DNA from: an uncultured Actinomycetota bacterium
GTDB taxonomy: Bacteria; Actinomycetota; Actinomycetes; Mycobacteriales; QHCD01
Assembly (NCBI GenBank): GCA_963828605.1
Contig: CAWHER010000001.1
Location: 334,102-398,101, forward strand
Direction of reading: 5' to 3'
Length of the DNA stretch: 64,000 nt
Numbering within the stretch: the stretch's first letter is position 1; each line of letters opens with the position of its first letter. This document shows positions 1 through 16,699 of the stretch, piece after piece. The notes under the pieces are model-generated. The model was not told where the DNA came from, did not search any database, and saw nothing but the letters and a program-made list of their open reading frames with translations. The translations under genes were made by a program, and so were the position numbers.

Positions 1-943
1 CACGAGGAGCTGTTCCGCGAGTACTTCGGCTCGGTGATCCCGGCCGGCGACAACAAGTTCGCCGCGCTCAACACCGCGGTGTGGTCCGGCGGCTCGTTCA
101 TCTACGTCCCGAAGGGCGTGCACGTCGACATCCCGCTGCAGGCCTACTTCCGGATCAACACCGAGAACATGGGCCAGTTCGAGCGGACGCTGATCATCGT
201 CGACGAGGGCGCCTACGTGCACTACGTCGAGGGCTGCACCGCGCCGATCTACTCGTCCGACTCGCTGCACTCGGCGGTCGTCGAGATCATCGTGAAGAAG
301 AACGCCCGCTGCCGCTACACGACCATCCAGAACTGGTCGAACAACGTCTACAACCTCGTCACCAAGCGGGCGGTGGCGCACGAGGGCGCGACGATGGAGT
401 GGATCGACGGCAACATCGGCTCGAAGGTCACGATGAAGTACCCGGCGGTCTGGCTGCTCGGCGAGCACGCCAAGGGCGAGACCCTGTCGGTCGCGTTCGC
501 CGGCGAGGGCCAGCACCAGGACGCCGGCGCGAAGATGGTGCACGTCGCGCCGAACACGTCGAGCACGATCGTGTCCAAGTCGGTGGCCCGCGGCGGTGGT
601 CGCACGTCCTACCGCGGGCTGGTGCCAGATCGAGGAGGGCGCGCACGGCGCCAGGTCGACGGTGAAGTGCGACGCGCTGCTGGTCGACACGATCAGCCGG
701 TCCGACACCTACCCGTACGTCGACGTCCGCGAGGACGACGTGTCGATGGGGCACGAGGCGACGGTGTCCAAGGTCGGCGAGGACCAGCTGTTCTACCTGA
801 TGAGCCGCGGCATGTCCGAGGACGAGGCGATGGCGATGATCGTGCGCGGCTTCGTCGAGCCGATCGCGCGCGAGCTGCCGATGGAGTACGCCCTCGAGCT
901 CAACCGCCTGATCGAGCTGCAGATGGAGGGAGCGGTCGGCTAG
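1..943 (+). pseudogene. sufB: SufB Fe-S cluster assembly protein; 5' end lies outside the window; frame broken once near nt 625
   Basis: Frame 1 from nt 1 reads [40 protein letters not shown]...[11 protein letters not shown]. The 596..943 frame then continues [21 protein letters not shown]...[20 protein letters not shown]. The two halves are colinear SufB. An extra base in gtgCCagatc causes the switch. Confidence 0.9.
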
Positions 944-946
944 ACG

Positions 947-2252
947 ATGGCCGATACCGACGAACGTGCTCCGCGTACCCCGGAGCTGCTGCACCAGACG
1001 ACGCCCGCGAGCAGGCGGCGATGGCCGAGCAGGCCGGCGGTCGCCGCGCAGGTGCTCGGGCCGACACCGGCGACCGCGAGCCGGCCAGCCGCCGGGCGCG
1101 CACAGCCACGGCGGCCCGGTGCGCCAGCCCGGCGACGCCCGGCCCGAGCGCGCGGACCTCGCCGCGACCCGGACGCCTTCCCGGTCCCGGCGGGCCGGGA
1201 GGAGGAGTGGCGCTTCACCCCGCTGGACCGCATGCGGGTGCTGCTCGAGCCGCTGACCGCCGACGGCAAGGTCGTCGGTCGAGGTGCAGGCGCGCCGCGG
1301 CGTCACGGTGACGACCGTGCCGGACCGACGACCCGCTGGTCGGCAGCGTGCTCAGCCCCGGCCGACCGGGTCAGCGCCCTCGCGATGGCCGCGCTCGACC
1401 AGGCCGCTGGTGCGTCATCCGTGCCGAGCGGCGCAGTCACGACGAGCCCGTGCTTCCTCACCGTCCGCGGGGAGGGCGGCACCGCCTACGGGCACCTGGT
1501 CATCGACGTCGGCGCCGGTCGCGCAGGCCACCGTCGTGCTCGACCACGTCGGCACGACGACACTGGCGGCCAACGTCGAGGTCCTGGTGGGCGACGGCGC
1601 CTCGCTCACCGTCGTGACCCTGCAGGACTGGGACGACGACGCCGTCCACGTCGAGCGCCCAGGCCGCCCGCGTCGGGCGGGACGCCAGCTGCGCCACGTG
1701 CGTCGTCACCCTCGGCGGCGCGCTCGTCCGGCTCACGCCGACGGTGTCCTTCGCCGGGCCCGGCGGCGACGCCGAGCTGCTCGGCCTCTACTTCACCGAC
1801 GCCGGCCAGCATCAGGAGCACCGCCTGTTCGTCGACCACGAGCGCCGCACTGCCGCAGCCGCGTCACCTACAAGGGCGCGCTGCAGGGCGAGGGCGCGCA
1901 CAGCCGTCTGGATCGGCGACGTGGTCATTCGCCAAGGACGCGATCGGCACCGACACCTACGAGCTCAACCGCAACCTGGTGCTCACCGACGGGGCCCGCG
2001 CCGACTCGGTGCCCAACCTGGAGATCGAGACCGGCGAGGTCGCCGGGGCCGGGCACGCCAGCGCGACCGGGCGGTTCGACGACGAGGCGCTGTTCTACCT
2101 GATGGCCCGGGGCATCCCGCCGGACGAGGCCCGCCGGCTGGTGGTCCGCGGCTTCTTCGCCGACGTGATCGACCGGCATCGAGCGTGCCGGAGGTGCGGG
2201 AGCGCGCTGCTCGCCGCCGTCGAGGACGAGCTGGCCGCAGGTGTCGGCATGA
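947..2252 (+). pseudogene. sufD: SufD Fe-S cluster assembly protein; many frame switches; end approximate
   Basis: SufD-like segments are spread over three frames in colinear order: [192 protein letters not shown]. It sits between sufB and sufC. Confidence 0.85.
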
Positions 2253-2594
2253 CGCGATTTCCTCGAGCCTGCCGCCTCGACGAGGTACGACTGAGTGCGG
2301 GTGTGCCACCGGTGACGTGGTCGACGAGGCCACGTCCCGGTGGCGATCGTCGAAGAGCCGAACGGGGCGAGGTTCTACGCGATGTCACGACGTGTGCTCG
2401 CACGCGGAGGTGGCCCTGTCCGAGGGCGAGGTCGAGGGCGGCACGATCGAGTGCTGGCTGCACGGCTCGCGGTTCGACCTGCGGACCGGCGCAGCCGACC
2501 GGCCTGCCGGCGACCAAACCTGTCCCGGTCTATCCCGTGAGGATCGACGGCGACGACGTCTATGTCGCGCCGTCACTGAGGAGAACTGAGTTGA
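2249..2594 (+). pseudogene. Rieske [2Fe-2S] ferredoxin-like protein embedded in the suf operon; frame-disrupted; end approximate
   Basis: ATG at 2249 (MTRF...). It carries the Rieske motifs CSH and CWLH in VCSHAEVALSEGEVEGGTIECWLHGSRFDLRTG, then PATKPVPVYPVRIDGDDVYVAPS in another frame. The same gene position occurs in Streptomyces-type suf operons. Confidence 0.75.
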
Positions 2595-3326
2595 TGGCCA
2601 CACTGGAGATCCGCGACCTGCACGTGTCCGTCGAGGACACCGAGATCCTCCGGGGCGTCGACCTGACGGTCCGGTCCGGGCGAGACCCACGCGATCATGG
2701 GCCCGAACGGCTCGGGCAAGTCGACGCTGGCCTACTCGATCGCCGGGCACCCGAAGTACACCGTCACCGCGGGCACCGTCACCCTCGACGGCGAGGACGT
2801 GCTGGCGATGAGCGTGGACGAGCGGGCCCGCGCCGGCCTGTTCCTCGCCATGCAGTACCCCGTCGAGGTGCCGGGCGTGTCGATCTCCAACTTCCTGCGC
2901 ACGGCCGCGACCGCGGTCGCGGGCGAGGCGCCGAAGCTGCGCACCTGGGTCAAGGAGGTCAGCGAGGCGATGGCCGGCCTCGAGATCGACCCGTCGTTCG
3001 CCGAGCGCAACGTCAACGAGGGGTTCTCCGGCGGCGAGAAGAAGCGGCACGAGATCCTGCAGATGGCGCTGCTCAAGCCCAAGATCGCGATCCTCGACGA
3101 GACCGACTCCGGGCTCGACGTCGACGCGCTGCGCGTCGTCTCCGACGGCGTCAACCGGGCCCGCGCGAGCCACCGACGTCGGGCACGCTGCTGATCACCC
3201 ACTACACCCGGATCCTGCGCTACATCCAGCCCGACTTCGTGCACGTCTTCGGCCGCGGCCGGATCGTCGAGACGGCGGCCCCGAGCTGGCCGACCGGCTC
3301 GAGGCCGAGGGCTACGTCGCGCTTCG

Positions 3327-3330
<4 letters not shown>
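2594..3330 (+). pseudogene. sufC: SufC Fe-S cluster assembly ATPase; frame-disrupted
   Basis: ATG 2594 follows GAGGAGAA. The sequence reads [26 protein letters not shown], then [25 protein letters not shown] (Walker A), [36 protein letters not shown] (signature and Walker B), and [21 protein letters not shown], spread over three frames. Confidence 0.9.
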
Positions 3331-5119
<1,789 letters not shown>

Positions 5120-5185
5120 GCAGCCAATCGAGACAGCGCCTGAGCAGCCAACGGAGCTCGCCTCAGCAGCCAATGGAGGCAGTCG

Positions 5186-5545
5186 ATGACCGAACAGACC
5201 AGCCGACGTCCGGCCGTCCACGGCGAGCGTCGACGACGTCGAGGAGGCGATGCGCGACGTCGTCGACCCCGAGCTGGGCATCAACGTCGTCGACCTCGGC
5301 CTCGTCTACGGCATCACCGTCGACGAGGACAACATCGCCACGCATCGACATGACGCTGACCTCGGCGGCCTGCCCGCTCACCGACGTGATCGAGGACCAG
5401 ACCCGCAGGCGCTGACCGGCGGGCCCGGCGATCGCGCCTGGTCCGGGACTTCCGGATCAACTGGGTCTGGATGCCGCCGTGGGGCCCGGACAAGATCACC
5501 GACGACGGGCGCGAGCAGCTGCGGGCCCTCGGCTTCAACGTCTGA
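5186..5545 (+). pseudogene. DUF59 (SufT-like) metal-sulfur cluster assembly factor; frame-disrupted
   Basis: ATG 5186 sits 6 nt after GGAGG. Segments read VEEAMRDVVDPELGINVVDLGLVYGITVDEDNIA, MTLTSAACPLTDVIEDQTR and WMPPWGPDKITDDGREQLRALGFNV*. It is the last gene of the suf operon, as in other actinobacteria. Confidence 0.85.
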
Positions 5546-5676
5546 GCCGCCGGTCCGCCGGAAAACCGTCGCGGCACGGCCGGGACGGTCTACAACTGTC
5601 CCGGTGATCACCCGAACCTCCTGAGGCGGCCACGCACCGGCGTGACCTGCGCCTGCTCACCCGGAGCGAGACCCCT

Positions 5677-7291
<1,615 letters not shown>

Positions 7292-7417
7292 TCGCCGTCG
7301 CCCCGCCCGGCACTGCCCCGAACGGGTGGCTCGGCTGGCCGTGGTCGCCGTCCTGGGTGATCATGGGAATGCTGAACCCGGTTTCCGGGACACGGCACAC
7401 GCAAGGAGGAATGCCCC

Positions 7418-7630
7418 GTGGCCGACCTGAAGAAGGGCGCCCGGATCACCGGAGCGACCCGTGACAAGCTCGCCGTCGACCTGCGCAAAAAGTACGACTC
7501 CGGCAAGAGCATCCGAGCACTGGCCGACGAGTCCGGTCGGTCCTACGGATTTGTCCACCGGATCCTGTCCGAGTCGGGAACGACGCTGCGCGGCCGTGGC
7601 GGTCCGACCCGGCGGGGGAAGAAGCAGTAG
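7418..7630 (+). CDS. Small helix-turn-helix protein (Rv1473A-like)
   Basis: Intact 70-aa ORF with a GTG start after AAGGAGGA. It reads ...KSIRALADESGRSYGFVHRILSESGTTLRGRGGP. It follows the ABC-F gene, the same position as in mycobacteria. Confidence 0.75.
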   Translation: MADLKKGARITGATRDKLAVDLRKKYDSGKSIRALADESGRSYGFVHRILSESGTTLRGRGGPTRRGKKQ

Positions 7631-7632
7631 CC

Positions 7633-7665
7633 GGCATCGGGTGACACGCACGCCTCCCGATGCCC
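7633..7665 (+). terminator. Hairpin downstream of the HTH gene
   Basis: GGCATCGGG-15 nt-CCCGATGCC, a perfect 9-bp stem starting 3 nt after the stop. There is no U-tract, which is usual for GC-rich actinobacteria. Confidence 0.4.
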
Positions 7666-7720
7666 GGGTCCCGGGAACAGCAGGGGGCGCCGGCGTGTTG
7701 TCGACGACCGTGGTGAGCTC

Positions 7721-9633
7721 ATGACGATGGCTGGCGGGCACCGCTCCTTGCGGGCCTTCTCCAGCGACCCGGCGGTGACCCGGCGGACCCTTGCCCCGGG
7801 CACGATCCGGCGGATCGGGAGCTTCGCCGCCCCCTACCGACGCCAGCTCATCGTCTTCTGCGTCCTGATCACCGTCGACGCGGCGATCGGAGCAGCGAAC
7901 CCGCTGATCTACCGGTCGATCCTCAACAACGGCATCCTCGGCCACAATGTCGGCCTGATCGTGGCGCTGGCCGGCCTGATCGCCGGCCTCGCGGTCTTCG
8001 ACGCCCTGCTGTCGCTGGGCCAGCGCTGGTTGTCGGCGCGGATCGGCGAGGGCCTGATCTACGACATGCGCTCGCAGGTCTTCGCGCACGTCCAGCGCAT
8101 GCCGATCGCGTTCTTCACCCGCACCCAGACCGGCGCGCTGATCAGCCGGCTCAACAACGACGTGCTCGGCGCGCAGCAGGCGTTCACCGGCACGCTGTCG
8201 ACCGTGGTCAGCAACCTGCTGACCGTCGTGCTGGTGCTGGCGGCGATGTTCGCGCTGTCCTGGCAGATCACGCTCATCTCGCTGGTCCTGCTGCCGGTCT
8301 TCCTGCTCCCGGCCCGCTGGATGGGTCGCAAGCTGCAGGGCATCACGCGGGAGAGCTACGGCCTCAACGCCACGATGAACACGACGATGACCGAGCGGTT
8401 CAACGTCTCCGGCGCCCTGCTGGTGAAGCTGTTCGGCCGCCGGCACGAGGAGGACGAGGCCTTCCGGGCCCGGGCCGGCCGGGTGCGCGACATCGGCGTC
8501 ACCCGGCGATGTACAGCCGGGTGTTCTTCGTCGCGCTGATGCTGGCCGCCTCGCTCGCCACTGCGATCGTCTACGGCTTGGGCGGCGGCTGGCGGCCTGG
8601 GTGACGCTGCAGCGTCGGCACGCTGGTCGCGCTCACGGCGTACCTCGGCCGGCTGTACGGCCCGCTGACCGCGCTGTCGACAACGTCCGCGTCGACGTGA
8701 TGACCGCGCTGGTCTCCTTCGAGCGGGTCTTCGAGGTGCTCGACCTGCCGCCGATGATCACCGACGCGCCGGACGGCGATCGCGCTGCCGGCGACGCCCG
8801 GACCGTGGAGTTCGACGAGGTCCGGCTTCGCCTACCCGACGGCCGAGGAGGTGTCGCTGGCGTCGCTGGAGGACGTCGCGGTGCTCGACGACCGGCCCAG
8901 CAGAGGTGCTGCACGAGGTGTCATTCCGGGCCGAGCCCGGCGAGCTCGTCGCGCTGGTCGGGCCTTCCGGCGCGGGCAAGACGACGATCACCCAGCTGGT
9001 CCCGCGCATGTACGACGTGCAGTCGGGCGCGGTCCGGGTCGGCGGCCACGACGTCCGCGACGTCACGCTGGAGTCGCTGCGGGACGCGGTCGGCGTCGTG
9101 ACCCAGGACGCGCACATGTTCCACGACACCATCCGGGCCAACCTGCTCTACGCCCAGCCGGAGGCCACCGACGAGGAGCTGCGCGCAGCGCTCGAGGCGG
9201 CGCAGATCGGCCGGCTGGTCGACCGGCTGCCCGACGGGCTGGACACGGTCGTCGGCGACCGCGGCTACCGGCTCTCCGGCGGGGAGAAGCAGCGCCTCGC
9301 GATCGCCCGGCTGCTGCTCAAGGCGCCCCGGATCGTCGTGCTCGACGAGGCGACCGCGCACCTGGACAGCGAGTCGGAGGTCGCCGTTCAGCGCGCCCTC
9401 GCGGCGGCGCTGCGCGGCCGGACGTCGCTGGTGATCGCGCACCGGCTCTCGACGGTGCGCGATGCCGACCGGATCCTCGTCATCGACGGCGGCCGGGTCG
9501 TCGAATCGGGCCGGCACGAGGAGCTGCTCGTCCGCGCGGCGTCTACGCCGAGCTCTACCGCACCCAGTTCCGGGATCAGGAAGGCGCGGACGCCGTGGAC
9601 TCCGGGCAGGTGGAGTCGGTGAGCCGGCCGTGA
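7721..9633 (+). pseudogene. ABC exporter, fused permease and ATPase (type I exporter); frame-disrupted after about nt 8500
   Basis: The N-terminal 6-TM domain is intact (7721..8500). The downstream part is split over frames: ALVGPSGAGKTTITQL (Walker A), LSGGEKQRLAIARLLLKAPRIVVLDEATAHLD, SLVIAHRLSTVRDADRILVIDGGRVVESGRHEELL, ending YAELYRTQF...*. Confidence 0.85.
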
Positions 9634-10904
9634 GCCACGACACCGTGGGCGTCGACCGGCACATAGGGTCCCGCGGCCGGCGCGTCGGCCGCCGCCTGGC
9701 GTTCCCCCTGGTCGGCTACGCGTTCGCGGTGACCATGCTCGGCACCACCCTGCCGACCCCGCTCTACCCGCTGTACCAGCACGACATCGGCTTCTCCGGC
9801 TTCATGGTCACCGTGATCTACGCCGTCTACGCCGTCGGGGTGATCGGAGCCCTGCTCGGCTTCGGCCAGGTCTCCGACCAGATCGGCCGGCGCCGGGCGC
9901 TCATCCCGGGACTGCTGCTCTCCGCACTGAGCGCGGTGGTCTTCCTGACCGCCGGTGGCCTGCCGGCGCTCTTCATCGGCCGGATCCTCTCCGGCCTGTC
10001 CGCCGGGATCTTCACCGGCACGGCGACGGCGGCGCTGGTGGACTTCGCCCCCGCGGGGCGGCGCGGCCGGGCGACGCTGGTCGCAACCCTGGTCAACGTC
10101 GGCGGGCTCGGGCTCGGGCCGTTGCTGGCCGGACTCCTCGCCGAATACGCCACCGCCCCATTGCGGCTCCCGTTCATCGTCGATCTCGCCCTGTTGGTCC
10201 CGGCCATGATCGCCGTCCTCGTGATGCCCGAGCCGGTCGACGTCCGCGGCGGTGTCCGGCTGCGGCTGCAGCGGCTGCGCGTCCCGCCCGAGGTGCGGGC
10301 CATCTTCATCCCGGCCGCGTTCGTGGGCTTCGCCGGGTTCGCCGTACTCGGCCTGTTCACCGCCGTCGCGCCGGCGTTCCTGGGGGAGGTCCTGCACCTG
10401 CCCAACCACGCGCTCACCGGTGTCGTGGTCTTCGCGGTGTTCGCGGCATCCGCCGTCGGCCAGCTAGCCCTGGGGCTCTTCCCGCGGCGCCGCGCGCTGC
10501 CGGTGGGGAGTCTGGGGCTCATCGTCGGCGTGGGCGTCGTCGCCGCAGGCCTGGGGCTCGAGTCGCTCGCGGTGCTGCTCGTCGGCGGGATCGTCGCCGG
10601 GCTGGGGCAGGGGCTGAGCTTCCGGGCCGGTCTGAGCGCGGTCACCGCCGGCACCCCCGCACACCGCCGGGCCGAGGTCACCTCGAGCTTCTTCGTCGTG
10701 CTCTACGTCGCCCTCTCCGTGCCGGTCATCGGTGTCGGCCTGGCCGCGCAGGGGATCGGGCTGAAGTCCGCCGGGATCGCGTTCGCCGCGGTCGTGGCCG
10801 CGCTCGCCGCGGTCACCCTCGTCAGCGTCACGCGGCAGGGATCGACGCAGCAGGGATCGACGCAGCAGGGATCGACGCAGCAGGGATCGACGCAGCAGGC
10901 CTGA
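9630..10904 (+). CDS. MFS transporter with a C-terminal GSTQQ x4 repeat
   Basis: GTG 9630 overlaps the upstream TGA (GTGA). The ORF is intact with about 12 hydrophobic segments and an MFS-like loop (GQVSDQIGRRRALIPG). Confidence 0.8.
   Translation: MSHDTVGVDRHIGSRGRRVGRRLAFPLVGYAFAVTMLGTTLPTPLYPLYQHDIGFSGFMVTVIYAVYAVGVIGALLGFGQVSDQIGRRRALIPGLLLSALSAVVFLTAGGLPALFIGRILSGLSAGIFTGTATAALVDFAPAGRRGRATLVATLVNVGGLGLGPLLAGLLAEYATAPLRLPFIVDLALLVPAMIAVLVMPEPVDVRGGVRLRLQRLRVPPEVRAIFIPAAFVGFAGFAVLGLFTAVAPAFLGEVLHLPNHALTGVVVFAVFAASAVGQLALGLFPRRRALPVGSLGLIVGVGVVAAGLGLESLAVLLVGGIVAGLGQGLSFRAGLSAVTAGTPAHRRAEVTSSFFVVLYVALSVPVIGVGLAAQGIGLKSAGIAFAAVVAALAAVTLVSVTRQGSTQQGSTQQGSTQQGSTQQA
10836..10895 (+). repeat. 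Perfect 15-bp tandem repeat x4 (CAGGGATCGACGCAG) inside the MFS 3' end
   Basis: Read directly from the sequence. It encodes (Q)GSTQ x4 just before the stop. Confidence 0.95.
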
Positions 10905-10909
10905 GGCCG

Positions 10910-10931
10910 GTCCACCGCGCGGGCGGTGGAC
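10910..10931. terminator. Hairpin between convergent genes, candidate bidirectional terminator
   Basis: GTCCACCGC-GCGG-GCGGTGGAC, a 9-bp stem with a 4-nt loop. It lies between the MFS stop (10904) and the SDR stop (10937). Confidence 0.55.
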
Positions 10932-10936
10932 ACGAC

Positions 10937-11698
10937 CTAGAGAGCCCGCAAGGCGCCGCCGTCCACCGGGAGCATCACGCCGGTGAGATAGGACGCCGCC
11001 GGCGACAGCAGGAAGGCCGCGGCCCGGCCGAACTCATCGGGCGCCCCGTAGCGGCGCAGCGGGATGGACGCCTCCCCGCGGCGACGGGCCTCCTGCGGGT
11101 CGTCGGCCTTCGCATCGAGCTCCTTCAGCCGGTCGGTCGCGATCCGGCCCGGCAGCAGGCCGTTGACCCGGATACCGCGTGGCCCGAGCTCGTCGGCCAG
11201 CGTCTTCGCCATCATCGCCAGGCCCGGTCGAAGGCCGTTGGAGATCGCCAGCCCGCCGATCGGCGACCGGACCGAGCTGGACAGCACGAAGGCGATCGAC
11301 CCGCCGTCGGCCAGCCGCCCGGCGAGCGAGGTCGCGAGCCGCAGCGCGCCGAGGAAGACCGAGTCGAAGGCGGCCCGCCATTGCGCGTCGGTCGCCCCGG
11401 TGGCCGACGTCGCCGGCGGGCCACCGACGCTGATCAGGGCACCGTCGAGGCGACCGAACGAGGTCAGGGCGGCCTGTGCCAGCAGGTCGGGCGTCGCCGG
11501 GTCGGCGAGGTCGGCGACCAAGCCGGTGGCCCGGAGCGGTCCACCCAGGTCGCGTGCGGCGGCGGCGACCGCATCGGCGTTTCGGGAGGAGACGACGACC
11601 CGGGCGCCGTCGTCGACCAGCATCTGCGCCGCCGCCCGTCCCAGCCCACGGGTGCCCCCCGTGACGACGTACACGCGTTCCTTGAGTCCCAGATCCAT
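10937..11698 (-). CDS. SDR family oxidoreductase
   Basis: MDLGLKERVYVVTGGTRGLGRAAA carries the TGxxxGxG motif. The C-terminus ...SYLTGVMLPVDGGALRAL* is typical. The ORF is intact. Confidence 0.85.
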   Translation of the reverse strand: MDLGLKERVYVVTGGTRGLGRAAAQMLVDDGARVVVSSRNADAVAAAARDLGGPLRATGLVADLADPATPDLLAQAALTSFGRLDGALISVGGPPATSATGATDAQWRAAFDSVFLGALRLATSLAGRLADGGSIAFVLSSSVRSPIGGLAISNGLRPGLAMMAKTLADELGPRGIRVNGLLPGRIATDRLKELDAKADDPQEARRRGEASIPLRRYGAPDEFGRAAAFLLSPAASYLTGVMLPVDGGALRAL

Positions 11699-11781
11699 GG
11701 TGCCGATCCTGGACCACGGACGGTTGCCGATTGAGGGTGGGGGCGGCCGGCAAGCTCCGGAGGCCGCCCCCACCGGCTCGA

Positions 11782-12894
11782 TCAGCCGGCCGGCTGGAGC
11801 AGCCCGACCAGACCGTGGGACTCGCCGTCAGGACCGGAGCTGAAGATCACGCTGCCGGGCCCGCCGTTGGTGGCGGTGCCGGGGATGAGCGACCACAGTC
11901 CGTCGATCGCCACCGGATGTCCGTCCGACATGCGGAGCAGGCCGTCGAAATGGCCCCAGCGGTCGAACGTGCTGATCCGGCCGTCGCCGAAGTTGCCGAC
12001 CAGTAGGTCACCGGCGTGCCGGCCGAAGGTGCTCGGTGCCGTCGTCATTCCCCATGGCGCGTTCAGCGAGCCGCGGCTGGCGATCCGCTTGGGGAACAGG
12101 CCGAACGACGTGTAGCGGTCCACGAAGCCGAGCCCCTTGCCGTCGACCTCGTCCGCGCCCGTGCCCTGCTTGGCGTAGCTGACGTAGACCGAGTTACCGA
12201 TCACCGCGACGTTGAAGGGTGCGTAACCGCGGGGCAGGCGCGGGTCGGTGAAGAACGGCCGGGGGAGCGGCACCCGGTGGAACTTCTTGTCGAAGACGTC
12301 GATGCGGCCGTTGTGGAAGTCGGCGGCCAGCAGGAACGGGCCGATCGGCGTGTGCAGCAAAGCCAGGCCCTTGAAGACGGCGTTCCTGACGTGGGCCACG
12401 GTGAGTGCCGTGGTCGGTGCCGCATTCGGGTTCCAGGCCTTCACGTCGCCGGCCTCGGTGTCGAAGATGAACGGGGCCGCCCCCGACCCGCTCGAGGACG
12501 AGACGACGAAGTCGGTGGTGTCGTTGAACACCTGGCCCGTCGGCCCGCCCGCGACGTCGACCTCCAACCCCTGCTTCGCCACCGGCGAGCCGCCGGCGGG
12601 GCCCTTGTAGAGGGTTGCGGAGTCCGTGCCGTTGTTGGCCGACCAGAGCGGGCTCGTCGGAGACTGCGCGAGCCCCCACGGGTTGACCAACTTGGGGTCC
12701 ATGAGCTGAGCCTTGCCGGCCTGGTCGGAGACCAGGTTGACCTGCGTGACGCCGTGCGGTGCGGCGGGGGCGGGTGCCCCGGATGCCGGCGCCGCCACGC
12801 CGATGCCCGCGGCGACCAACGCCGGGACGGCGAGCAGACTGGCACCGGCGAGAAGCCGGTTGCGGGGGAAGAGCGAGGGGACCTTCGTGCCCAT
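11782..12894 (-). CDS. Secreted TIGR03118-family (beta-propeller-like) protein
   Basis: ATG 12894 follows GGAGG. There is a signal-like N-terminus, then VTQVNLVSDQAGKAQLMDPKLVNPWGLAQSPTSPLWSANNGTDSATLY, which matches my recollection of the TIGR03118 N-terminal signature. Confidence 0.6.
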   Translation of the reverse strand: MGTKVPSLFPRNRLLAGASLLAVPALVAAGIGVAAPASGAPAPAAPHGVTQVNLVSDQAGKAQLMDPKLVNPWGLAQSPTSPLWSANNGTDSATLYKGPAGGSPVAKQGLEVDVAGGPTGQVFNDTTDFVVSSSSGSGAAPFIFDTEAGDVKAWNPNAAPTTALTVAHVRNAVFKGLALLHTPIGPFLLAADFHNGRIDVFDKKFHRVPLPRPFFTDPRLPRGYAPFNVAVIGNSVYVSYAKQGTGADEVDGKGLGFVDRYTSFGLFPKRIASRGSLNAPWGMTTAPSTFGRHAGDLLVGNFGDGRISTFDRWGHFDGLLRMSDGHPVAIDGLWSLIPGTATNGGPGSVIFSSGPDGESHGLVGLLQPAG

Positions 12895-12966
12895 CGTTGC
12901 CTCCAGGCAGTGTCCGGGTGCGCGGATGCGCACCCTCCGCATGGGCACGGACGGGAGCCGCGCAGG

Positions 12967-13000
12967 GTTCACCCGCACCGCATCTTTCTCGCGGGTGAAC
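12967..13000 (-). terminator. Hairpin downstream of acn
   Basis: GTTCACCCGC-14 nt-GCGGGTGAAC, a 10-bp stem lying 48 nt after the acn stop. Confidence 0.45.
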
Positions 13001-13047
13001 TCACGGACCCGGCCCACTCCTCGTGGGCAGCCGATCGCCGGACGACG

Positions 13048-15771
<2,724 letters not shown>

Positions 15772-15840
15772 CGGAGCTCCCCTCTCTGCGGATGTGCCCC
15801 ATCCTTCCGTATCGGCACCGGTCCGGCTCCGCTCGGGTCG

Positions 15841-15871
15841 GCGCCGTCGACGTGGCGGCAGTCGACGGCGC
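15841..15871. promoter_or_regulatory. 11-bp-arm inverted repeat in the acn/Sir2 divergent intergenic region, candidate operator
   Basis: GCGCCGTCGAC-9 nt-GTCGACGGCGC, perfect. It lies 70-100 bp upstream of the acn start. Confidence 0.3.
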
Positions 15872-15885
15872 TTTGTACCGTCGCA

Positions 15886-16699
15886 GTGGTGGGCAGGGTG
15901 AACGGCGACACCGACCGCGACATCGATGGGGCGCTCGACCGGGCGGGGGACCTGGTCGCCGGCGCGGCCCGCATCACGGTGCTCACCGGTGCCGGGATAT
16001 CGACCGACAGCGGCATTCCGGACTTCCGCGGCCCGGACGGGGTCTGGACCCGTGACCCGACGGCCCACCGGCGGGCCACGCTGGCGAGCTATCTCGCCGA
16101 TCCGCAGGTACGCCGCCAGGCCTGGCAGAGCCGGCGGGACCATCCGGCCTGGACCGCCGAGCCGAACGCCGGGCACCGCGCGCTCGTCGACCTGGAACGG
16201 GCCGGCCGGCTGCGGGCGGTCATCACCCAGAACATCGACGGCCTGCACCAGCGCGCCGGCAACGATCCCGGCACGGTCGTCGAGCTGCACGGCACGGTGC
16301 GCGAGGTGGGCTGCCTGTCCTGCGGCGACCGGGCGCCCATGTCCGCCGCCCTCGCCCGCGTCGCCGCGGGCGAACCCGACCCGCCGTGCCTGCGCTGCGG
16401 CGGCCTGCTCAAGTCGGCCACCATCTCCTTCGGACAGCGCCTCGACGAGGCCGTGCTGCAGGCGGCCGCAGCGGCGGCCACCGACTGCGACCTGTTCCTC
16501 GCCGTGGGCAGCTCGTTGACCGTCCAGCCGGCGGCCGGGCTCACCCGGGTCGCCGCCCGGGCCGGCGCACCGTGGTGATCGTGAACGCCGAACCGACGGC
16601 CTACGACCCGCTGGCCGCGGCCGTCGTGCGGGTGCCGATCGGCGAGGCGCTGCCGGCCCTCGCCCGGGCTGCCGACGCGTCGGGAATCGCCCGACGTGA
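15886..16699 (+). pseudogene. cobB: Sir2-family NAD-dependent protein deacylase; one frame switch near 16575; start and end approximate
   Basis: [56 protein letters not shown]...[17 protein letters not shown] (Zn Cys4), and [17 protein letters not shown]. The next frame continues [30 protein letters not shown]. Confidence 0.85.
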
